Assembly: GCF_036588685.1 (NCBI RefSeq)
Contig: NC_086375.1
Coordinates: forward strand, 83,266,001-83,330,000
Direction: 5' to 3'
Length of the DNA stretch: 64,000 nucleotides
Source: Mytilus trossulus
Lineage: Eukaryota
Below are positions 37,934 to 49,500 of this stretch, one piece after another. The notes beneath the pieces are model-generated. The model ran no database searches, was not told the origin of the DNA, and saw nothing but the letters and a program-made list of their open reading frames with translations. A program made the position numbers and the translations under genes. Position 1 is the first letter of the stretch. Every line of letters starts with the position of its first letter.

Positions 37934-40368
37934 CAAGGGGTACAATCAAAATCACATGATGGATATACACACACCGGAAGGAACAGTCGAGCAGACCGCT
38001 TGAAAGGTAAGTAGTCGTATTTACTTGTTTATATCAATAAAATTTAATAAATAAGGTAGTGCACCGAATGTCGGATACTATCTAGTTTTGAAATACACAA
38101 TTATCCTTGCTGGAAAGCGTGCAGTTAATGCTAACACTTCGACACAGTTCCAAAATTTCGCCAGATAACACACACACCTCATATGTTTTTATAACAAAAT
38201 TTCTGAAAGTCAATGTTATGGGAGTTTTCAGTGGAAAAAGAATGCATTTTTTAATTCATCATATTTAATTTTGATTTAATCAATCAAATAATTACGATAA
38301 ATGGTCGTTTGACAGGAGAATAGCTGATTTTTCACAAATGATACCACACACACCCCATTAATTCAAATGATAACACACACACACACAAACCGAAACTGAA
38401 GGTATGTACAAAGTTTCAGGCAAAGTCAAATGATGTATTTTACTACATTATACTAAAAACATAAGAACAATTTAATATAAGCTTAACCTATATAACATTT
38501 TAATTGAAAAGCAATCTCTCATCGCTTTAATTTTCTTATATGTCGCGTGGTGTATCTTACAAAACCAGCTGGTTAGAGGTCTTAAAAATTTATACAAGTA
38601 TTCTCGGAATGGTGTTCTGTTCGACAAATCATTTTGCAGGTTTCACGACCTTGATTGTTTATCGAATGTTAATCGAAGGGACTTAACGCATTTGTATAAC
38701 GAAGGGCGAACAGGTTGATTAACATACAGAACCGAAATCATCTCATTTGCATATCAAGATAAATACATAAATTTCAGTTTTCCTACCGTAAAAGGGCTTT
38801 AAAGCCAGTTATAGTCGTTAACCTCTCCCGTAGTAGTAACTCACGCATGACACCAATAAAGGCAACAGTTGTATACCGCTGTTCAAAACTCATACATCCA
38901 TGGACAAAAAACAAAATCGGGGTAACAAACCAAAACCGAGCGAAACGCATTAAATATAAGAGAACAACGACACAACACCGAAACGCAAAACACACAGAAA
39001 TGGACCAAGCATCAGACAAAAGACCACGAGAATAACAAATATAACATGAAAACCAAATACATGAATTTGGGATAGACAAGTACCGTGCCACGTCTTATCT
39101 CAAAAATAAGAGGAAACACAACCGACTCAACGTTAAAATGCAACACACAGAGAAACGAACAATAATATAACAATGACCATATTCCTGACTTGGTACAGGA
39201 CACTTTTTTTTTTTAAAGGGGAATAAAAGTGGTGGGTTGAACCTGGTTTTATGGCATGCCAAACCTCGAACATATCTTAAAACAGAAGCGATGAGAAATA
39301 AATGTTTAAATAGATTATATCTAGTGTTAGATTATTTATATTTTTCTTATATTCATTTAAAAAAAATCAATTCTTTCTATTTATTTATAGAATATGTCAC
39401 ATTTGTGCAAGCACTGTGGAAAGAAATTTAAAGGTCGAAGTGGTTTACGACAACACGAGATGAGGCATGATGAACAGGGGCCATATTCCTGAATGCAAGC
39501 TTGTTTTTTCAACAAGTCAAACTTTACTTCCCATTTGGCAAACAAAAAACACCAAAACCATAAGCCATTCATATGTAAAACGTTTGGCAAGTCATTTGCA
39601 ACAGATGCCTATCTGAAGAACCACTGCCTGTATGAGGACAAGGGAGGCGATCACAAATGTACCCAATGTGAAGCTACATTAAGTCGTGCATCCCATCAGA
39701 AAGACCACATGGATATGCACACAGGGATAAAATCCAACATTTGCAAGATATGCGGCAAAGCATACCGCTTCAGAAGCAGTCTTTCGAGGCAAAGCAAAAC
39801 CCACGAAGTTGCTGAAGGTCTTAGTTATGAATGAGTGATATTTGTAACAAGACCTTCACACAAAAACGCTATCTCCAGGAGCATAATAATGTGTGTGTGT
39901 TATCCGTTGTTTTTTTCGGTGTGTGTGGTATCATTTTTGAAAATTGGAGTTTCGACAATAAACCAAGCGTTTATCGTAAAATAAATTATTGTATAAATCA
40001 ATAGTAGCGGTGTTGAATTGAGTCATGCATTTATTTTGCCGAACAAATCATAAAGAAAACAATTTTATGAAATTTTGAATAAAAATATTCAAAGTGTGTG
40101 CTTATCCGTTGAAAAAATATTGAGTGTGTGTGTGATCCGTCGAAAATTTTGAACTGTGTCGAAGTGTTTGCAATAACTGCACGCTTTCTAGCAAAAACAA
40201 TTGTGTATTTTAAAGCTACATACTATCCGACATTCGGTGTGCCAACTTATTAATCAAAATTTAATTGATATAAACAAGAAAATGCAACTACTAACCTTTC
40301 AAGCGGCGAGTTCTACTGTAACTTCCGGTGTGTGTATATCCATCACATGATTTTGATTGTACCCCTTG
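37934..40368. mobile_element. Long-TIR non-autonomous DNA transposon (CA..TG termini, 6-bp TSD) carrying a C2H2 zinc-finger gene
   Basis: CAAGGGGTACAATCAAAATCA.. / ..TGATTTTGATTGTACCCCTTG, with inverted similarity over at least 230 bp. TSD TTTTAC at 37928-37933 and 40369-40374. Confidence 0.9.
39394..39890 (+). pseudogene. Decayed tandem C2H2 zinc-finger gene (about 6 fingers)
   Basis: MSHLCKHCGKKFKGRSGLRQHEMRH..PYS*..HKPFICKTFGKSF..HKCTQCEATLSRASHQKDHMDMHTG..CKICGKAY..YE*VICNKTF. In-frame TGA codons sit at Cys positions. A TTATTTATAG acceptor precedes the ATG. Confidence 0.85.
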
Positions 40369-40416
40369 TTTTACCATGTTGATGTAAAACTTGACACAAA
40401 TATAACTATAACTTAC

Positions 40417-40542
40417 CTATACCCCCTCCTATAACTGCCCCTGATAAACCTCCCTCTTCCTTCTCTTCTGGAACAATTGTCTGTTGTTCATGTAGCCCTA
40501 TGACTGCAGGGCAAACCTCAGTCTCAAATAGATTTTCTCTTT
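40417..40542 (-). CDS. Juxtamembrane exon ending in the first half of the TM segment (not in the ORF track)
   Basis: CCCAATAG| acceptor and |GTAAGT donor, 126 nt, phase 1-1: (E)RENLFETEVCPAVIGLHEQQTIVPEEKEEGGLSGAVIGGGI(G). Confidence 0.88.
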
Positions 40543-43500
40543 CTATTGGGAAAAAAATCTAAAATTTGTTTAGGCAGATCAAACAATGTATCAAACATTA
40601 AATCAGAATTCAAAATTTCCAGAAAAAAATAAAACTAGAGGTCCCAAGACACAGTTTAGTAGTCACAAGACACATCTGTAGTTTCAGAGAAGATTTTTGT
40701 TAAACTATTTTCAGATTCAGTAACTCTCAGTATTCTCTTATACACTATATATAGAATAATATCTTTTTTGCTTTCGATCTATCTGCAATAAAATCAAGAT
40801 AGGTAGAGATCATGAAATCAATGCCATTATCCTTTGATCAGTCTTTACAACATAATCCTATGGGTATAATATGAAAGTTCATGAAATATCAAGAAAACTC
40901 TTTTCTCTCATTCAAAATGTTGTGATAGGTGTTTGTATATGTATAAATGACATGTGTATTTCATTAGTGGTTGCCACATCCTAATTTCTAGTAGAATGAG
41001 AATTTGGTGAAGGTCGTCAGTCTTTGTTAGCTTTTAATAACAAAATTCACCTCATTTTTTTTTTAACAATTTAGAGCTTGCATATTATATAGACACATGT
41101 CTAATGTTGATGACTGCATGCTGCCATCTAGAACTATAATGGTTGGGTTGCTGTTTTATTGAGGTATATACCCACACATCATCTTCAAATAATTTACAAT
41201 TTTGTTAGTTTACCTAAATCTGTACAACTTTTATACAGCATGTCATTGACTTCCTCCTCTGTGAAAGCCATGTCATTTGTATTTAATACAACAAAGCTGA
41301 CGGTCACTGTCCCGTCTCCATTATCAGTGATACTTTCAACATAAACTTGAACCTCTGCTGTGTCAGCACTTCTACGCTTACGTCTTCTGGATGTTGTGGA
41401 TATTCCTTTCCTGTCTAGTAATTCCAGGATGATGTCATTCATTCTAGCTTTATACTCGGGTTCATCAAGGTCAGCATTTTTGGGCACATCTATAGTGAGT
41501 TTTACAGATTTCCCACATGCATAATTGTCTTTGTCATACAGTGGAATACATATGTTAGTTTTATTGTTTTCACAAGCGTTAGCATTACATGAGCTAGTAA
41601 AATACTGACACCTAGGTCCTGTCCTGTCCTGAGGACAGTTACATATGTAGGTTCTATGTTTGTCTACACACTGTCCTCCTGATAAACAGGCTGAGTTTTG
41701 ACAATCGTCTATGCTATCTGAGCAAGTTCCTCCCGTCCACCCTGGAGCACAGTTACATACATAAGATTTACCATCCTCAGATAAACAGGCAGCATTATTC
41801 TTGCATGGATTTTTAGTGCATGGATTTTCAGGCTGTAATGATTTTTCACATATAAGTCCATTGAAATCTTTTGGACAGATGCATGAAAATGTGTCAATGC
41901 CATCCACACATGTAGCCCCATTCTGACAGGTGTCCTCTCCTGTACAATCATCAATGTTTAAACAGGAGTAGCCATCCCCTGTAAAACCATGTTCACAGTT
42001 ACACATATGGTAGGTGGCATTTAATTTTACACATCTAGCATTCTCATCACAGGTTTTACCATCGTTAAAACATCTATCAACCTGTTTGATTAGAATAGTG
42101 ACTTCCTGTGATGACTGCTCAAATGTTTCTACATTTCTTACTCTGATTACAACTGTAACTGAGGTACCAGTATAGTTGGCTAAGCTCTTTTCCAGAACCA
42201 AATGTTTATTTTCTTTTATAGAGAAGAAACCACCAGGATTTTTTTCAAATTCAAATATAATATTGTCTTCCACTGATTGGTTAACATTATATAATGTTCC
42301 TATAATTGTTCCTACATCTGAATCTTCTGCCACATCTAAGTTGTCTAGGGCAACAGACGGCAGTTCTGCAGCAAGTACTTGTATGTTTGTGACCAGCAGT
42401 GTGATGTTTTGTTGTAGATATTGAATAGGATCCCCATTGTCTGATACCCGTACTGTAATTGTAATCACTGGATTGGCACTTGTCAAAACAGCTGTAGGAA
42501 TGGCTGAATTCACTAGTAACTTACTCCCATCAATCTAAAAATATATAGTTTATTTGTATCATCACTGATTAGAAAGTTCTGTTTTAATATGAAAATAACC
42601 ATCCACGATTTCATGTGCCTCTTCCAAGTTAGAAACATTGTATGGTACATTGTACTTGTTTTGAGTCTCAAATGTTTTTTTTGTTTGGAGAATTTGGTGA
42701 TCATGGCAGATCTCTGGTAATATGTTTTTTTATTTACTTACAACATTTTATAACCTGCCATTATTTAGTTTCTGACGAACAGTGTGAACACCTGTCTATT
42801 GTTTAAGACTGTATAAAGATCTTTAGATGTCATTTGGATATTGAAGAGTATAGCTCAGATGTTTGTAAATTTATAAATCTTTTCAAAAGAAATGCTTAAA
42901 CACATTGCTAAGGCATAATTGAATACTTGAAAAACATAGTGCTATTATCAGTTTTATATTTTAATTCTCCACTTACCTGGAAAAGATCAGAATTGGGTCC
43001 CTTTAAAACAAAGCTGTGAACTTGATTCTGATCAGGATCTTTGGTTGAAAACTGTCCTATCAAGTCTCCAACTTTTGCGTCTGCCAGTATTGTTTGTGAC
43101 CCTGATAGAACAATGGAAGTTGGAGCTTCATTCTTATCATTAACTTCAATCTGTAAGTTCTGAAACATAGAAACACCTGTGTAATGATGGATTCAGTATC
43201 ATAGGTTTGGTGAGGACAAAGCAATAAAAAAAAAAGATGAAATATCCCATTGAATAAAAATTCCAATCTTATTATGAGGATAATAAACATCGAATGGTGA
43301 GCTAATGAGAAAGAACCAAATTGGAATAAATGCCAGTCTTTTGGATTCATAGACTTCCACCTTTATCAAGAGAAAATTTTCCCTTTGAAAGTACAGTGAA
43401 ACTTCTCTAAACCGGTCCCTCTTAATACCGGTTCTCCCTTCATATCGGCCAAATCAACAAGTCCCGGCCGGCGTGTATGTAAATAAGGTAATCAGGTAAC

Positions 43501-46500
43501 CTTATAAAACCGGCCACCCCTTTAAACCGGATACCGGCCGTTCTTTGTGTATTTGTGCAATCAAAATCAATAAAATATCACCTCATAAAACCGGCCTTCT
43601 CATTTGTAATCATTAGTCCATACACAATACTGTTATATAAACAAACAAGTTAATCCGGTCAATTAGACACCTGCATGGTCACTGAGTAGTGTTAACCTGT
43701 CAATGTCAAATCAATACCCGAATAAATTATCGGTTGAGAGATTATGATCTTCACCCACGCTAATCAAAGATGATAATTCATTTTCATCAAATGTTTTAGC
43801 TGGGCTCCAGCTTTATTTGATCATTTAAAAAAATATGTTTTAGGCATTTACAGAAATTAATATTGATGTTTTCTTTAAACTGATGACACGCTTTTATTAC
43901 AGTGCTTGCGTGTTTGTGTATTGCTTTTGCGGAAATGATTTTAATATCATTAATAACATCGTATGGTACCGATGACAATTTTTAGATGATTATATGGAAG
44001 TGTTTTTTATTTTATCTTTAATTATATGGAAGTGTGAATGGAAGTGTTTAAGATCTTCACTGGCCTACAAATCGTTGTTGCTTTTTTCAATAACATTATA
44101 TATAGATATTAAAACTGTTTTGTTATATAGTTGCATTTTATTTGTTATTCCTGCAAAATAAAAAATAATAAAGATACAAATGATGTTTTAATATTTATTT
44201 CATAATCAATATGGAATACAAAGCTAAATTTACACAACAAAACACACTTAAAGATTGAGGTACAATACATGGTAAAAAAATACAAATCCACACATATTGA
44301 AGGGAAGTAACTATTATATTGAAGGAAAGTAACTCTTGCTTATTTCAAATTCAATAAACCGGCCACCCCTGAAAACCGGCCGAATCCCGTGGTCCGACGG
44401 GCGGCCGGTTTTGAGAAGTTTCACTGTATGATTAGTTCACCTGCATCCAGCTACCTATATTGAAAACATTACCAATTGTGCCTATATAAATATTTATAAA
44501 ACATAATATTGATACAGTATTATACAACTTGTGTACCTTTGCAGAACAAGTTGTGACAAGGGAGATTACTCCACAAACTATAAATTAGATTTGATTTGCT
44601 TTTTGGTGTTTTAATGCCACTTTTAAGCACTGCATTTAGACTATTTGTGGCAGCCAGTTTTTATTGGTGGAGGAAGCTGCAGAGCCAGAAGAAAACTACC
44701 GACCTTCATTAGGAAAACTGACAATTCTAATCAAATAAGATTGGAGTTGAGTGCACCAGCAAGAGCGGAGTTCAAAAACACAACCTCAGTGTTAACTGGC
44801 TAGTGATTACAGTAGTAACTGTTTAGACCACTCAGCCATGAAGGCCCACTATGAATTAGAAGCCTAAACCAAAATGCATCCCATATAGAAAGTTATAAAA
44901 CATAGTATTGTTATAGTATTTTGCAGCTTGTGTAACTTCGTAAAACAAATTGTAACAAGGGAGATAACTCCAGTTTTACACAAACTATTAATGAAAAGCC
45001 AATACATTAATGCATCCTACATACATCAAAACTTTTCTTTCCATAAAATTTATTTTTCCTTATGATATTACCTTCTGTATAGAAAACTCTCCATCAGAGC
45101 ACTGCACCACTAAGTTATAAATCTTTGTTGTCTCAAAATCTAAAACATTGGTCAACACCAAGGACTTTTCTGTAATATCGTTGGTGAAAATGGCAAATGG
45201 TGTAGATTTAGTTTGAAGATTACATGAATGTGATTGGCCAGCATCAGGATCATCAACCTGTATGGCTGTGATGATAGTCTTTAGAGGTGTGTCTTCATCA
45301 AGAGGAGAAACATTGCCAAAAATAATAGACTCAGGAGGGTCATTCAAATCTCTGACAAATATAGTGATTTCTTTCTATAAATAAAAACACACATGTCATT
45401 ACTTTTGATTACTTGTGTTAAAGCTCTTTAATGCATTCAGCTTTTAACAAGACATATGTAGTACTTTTCCCATTGCATGTTAGATTTATTTGTGAAGCTG
45501 AATGTGTACATTTCTGGTTTACACAGAACATGAAATCTAAGTAAAGAGTAAAAGTTGAGTGTTTTAATAACATCTATTATTCCTGTGTTTGTATTATGAT
45601 CTATTAAATGCCTTGATGATCCTACTGATTTATTTGTTATGAACTTATGTCTGACATGTTTTTTTGTCAAATAACTTAATGTTTGTTTTCATTTCATTAT
45701 AATTATCTAAGCAACAATAGACAAATGATAATCAAAGTGTGTGTCAAATTTTAAGGTTGTGTTTCTGTTGTGTTGTAGTCTCTTATATTTGATGTGTTTC
45801 CCTCAGTTTTAGTTTGTAATGCAAATTTGTTTTTTTCTCAAGCAATTTATGAATTTCGAACAGCGGTATGCTACTGTTGCCTTTATTTATCCTGCCATCT
45901 CTTACATACCAAAACTGTAATTTGTGATTAACCTTTGGATTGTTATTTGTTTATATCCACTATGGCTATATATACCTGCACAGATTTCGAAGGTATTCTA
46001 TCATCCCTGCTCTCTACTAACATCTTATATTCATTATTTGTTTATATCCACGAAGCTATATATACCTGAACAGATTTAGAAGGTGTCCCATCATCCTTGC
46101 TCACTACTAACATCTTATATTCATTATTTGTTTCATAATCTAATGTTAACTGTCCAGCTACTAGCTTGTTTCCAAAAATGGCAAAATATCCTGGAAAAAA
46201 GTCAGAAGGAACTGAAAATCATTTTCATTCCTATCTGTATTGTTAAGCTAGTTTCATCTATCTAATTAATCAGATTCTATTCATTTGACTGATTTTTTTT
46301 AAAACTTGAGGAAATTAATAACACCTTTTACTGCATAACACTCATCTGTTTTATAAGGTTATAAAATGATTAACTGTGCACAAATTAGTATTAAATATAA
46401 ACTAACCTATAAAGTCTGATGTTCAGTAGTTGTCGTTTGTTGGTGGGGTTATATGTTTCTCCTTTCTCGTTTTTTTAAATAGGTTAGACAGTTGGTTTTC

Positions 46501-49500
46501 CTGTTTGAATGGTTTTTCACTAGTAATATTTTTGGGCCCTTTATAGCTTGCTGTTCTTTGTGAACAGAGGCTACCTGTTAATGATCATACCTTACTTTTA
46601 TAACTTGTGACTTGGATGGAGACTTGTCTCATTGGCACTCATACCACATCTTCCTATATCTATAAAAAGTCATTCAATTTCTTAGGGAAAATGACAAGTA
46701 TGATGTTAATATTTGTTAGTACCCTCACTATATCCAGGCAGCAGTGTATATGTAAATGTCTGTCCTCTGTCAGGGTCATCTGTACTAAATGTACCAATCA
46801 CTGTTCCACCTTCAATGTTCTCTTCTACTTGGTTGTTGTCTAACTTTATTCCTGTTGGAGCCTCGTTTTCATCTTTGACCTGTGATTGTTTTCAGAGGAT
46901 AACTTATGATAAATGACATGCACATAAAAATTTAAATGGTTGAACTTAAAATGTTCAGGTATTGAAAGAAAGAAAATTTAAATGTTATATGTTTTTCATC
47001 AAAAAATTACAGAAGCACCATGGGTGTATTACTGGCATGTAGCAATCTTGATGGATTTGTAGTAGAAGAAAAGAAATTTTTGTCAGTTTCTTTTCAGTTT
47101 GATGGAGATTTCCTCTTTTACAATTGATGTAAACACAATATTGGTTCTTATTTGTCTAATTTACAGGGCAGGTATAATTTAATGAAAATTTCAATAACAA
47201 GTTTTTGATGTTGGTATTAATTCAAAATTGTAATGTAATGAACATCCAAATTTCAAACCTTTAAAACAAATTCTTTCGATGAAAACAGTCCTTCCTCATC
47301 AGTGACTTTAATTGTGATGGTGTATTCAGATGTTTCCTCAAAATCTAACTGACCACTGGTCACTACTGTATTTTCTCCCTCAATTTTAAACACAGCTGAC
47401 CCTTCCACACTAAATGTTAGCTAAAAAATAAGTTTGGTTTTATTTCTATTTTATAAACAATGAAATATGAGGTCTACTTGACTGAGTAACAATGAGATAT
47501 AATTTACACATTTATTCAGAATCCTTCTTTTTACTTCCCTGTTTGTTTGGTGTTTTGTAAATAACAAAAAATTAAAAAAGGATTTCAATATTATTTTTGT
47601 ATAAAAGTGATGATTTTAAATGTATCATTTAAATAGGAAAACTTGCTAATGCTGTATATTTTTTGTCACACATGGATTTAGTTTAGACAAGACTGGATCA
47701 TGAAACTGAAAGGTTTCTTAAATTCGACTACCTGTTGTGATTCAGGGTCCATAGCACTGACTTTGGCCACTACTTCACCAGGCAGCTGTGATTCTGATAC
47801 ATCAACATTTGTTATTTTTATATCAGTTGGTGGCTCATTGATATCTGTTATGTTTACAATAAGTGCTTTCTGGTATGACAAGTGTGATCCGTCCAAACCA
47901 ACATCTCTGCAAATTAACTGAAACAAAGAAAATAAATAAATCAAACACTATTTAGTGCAGGGTGCTGGAACTGTTAAGCTGTAGACCTAGAAATACCTAC
48001 TGGAAATTCAAAATAAATTAGAATTAATCTGATATACTGAATATTTAACAATGTACAATCAAATTTCATTTTTCATCATGCAAAATTGACTCCTACTCAT
48101 TATATGTCTTTTTTTTTTAATATTTGAATAAGGCTTCTTGTTTAGAAATCAAGCTTAAAGTTTAATCCTGAATATGAAAGAAATATAAACCAATGGTTAT
48201 AAAACATGCCAAGCAATTTTATATAAGTGAAGTTAAAAATGAAACTTAATTGTTTTAACTTTTCATACTATAAGATGTGGTATGATTGCCAATGAGACTA
48301 CTCACTACAAGAGACCAAAATGACACAGAAATGAACAACTATAGGTCACTGTACTACCTTCAAGAATTAAGTAAAACCCAAACCAGGTTTCTTCATATCT
48401 TAGTTTACTTACATCTATAACATATGTGTTAGTTTACTTACATCTATAACATATGTGTTAGTTTACTTACATCTATAACATATGTGTTAGTTTACTTACA
48501 TCTATAACATATGTGTTAGTTTACTTACATCTATAACATAGGTGTTTGTTTCCTCATAATCCAACTTCTCTCTTTTAACAATTAGTTTGAGTTCCTCTGT
48601 TATCTATAAAACAAAAGTCAAAAAGCTTCAAAATGCTACTCTTACAATAACCATCTATTAATGACCTATTATAATTTAAAACACATTGTTATTGTAAACG
48701 ATTGAGCAATTGTAACAATGCTTCTTCATTTACAACTGTCAAAGGAGCACTATTGATGAATTAAATATCAAAGATAAGGAAGAAAAGCTACTACTCTACA
48801 GTAATGGGATGTCAATAATATTTGTTTATGACCATTGGAATTTAACTTCTGAAATAACTTATGTGTAGCTGCTTTATGTGAGTTAAATATACAAGGAATT
48901 ATTGTAATGCATCAATGTTAAGTTGAAAGTCTAATAACACTTTTTTAGATTTTCTGTTATGTTTACCATTATAATTACAAAATCTTTAAATTACATTACA
49001 TACTGTGGATTCATTTATTTTCGTGGGTAACAATTTTCGTGGATTGCAAAAAAATGGCATATTCGTGGATATTTGGTTTCTTGGTTTTGCCAATTCCTGT
49101 ATACAAAGCCTATTGAAAATGTTTTATTTCTTAAACATTTGAATATGTGATTCACCGTTACCCATGAAACCCACAAAAATTAGAATCCAACGAATAATGA
49201 TGAATCCACAGTATATACATTTTTGATAGAAATGAATAACTGATACAGATGCTGTACATAGATTACATCCTCTAAATTCATTATTGATACTATAAATAGA
49301 TTAAAGATACTATAAATAAGTCAAAGATACTATAAAAAGATTACAGATACTTTAAATAAATTACATCAAATGGTACAACAACAGAGTTCTGTACATCACA
49401 GTTGTGTTTCTGGTTCTTGTCTTCATCTTGTACAATAATATTACCAACTACTGTATCTATTGGACTGTTTTCAGCTATCTGTAAGAGTTTACATAGTCCA

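Noticed and set aside
49402-49500. N-terminus of the 405-aa ORF as part of the RT protein
   Set aside because: It is mostly the antisense of cadherin exon 49365-49478; retroelement similarity starts near SGPI at 49501.
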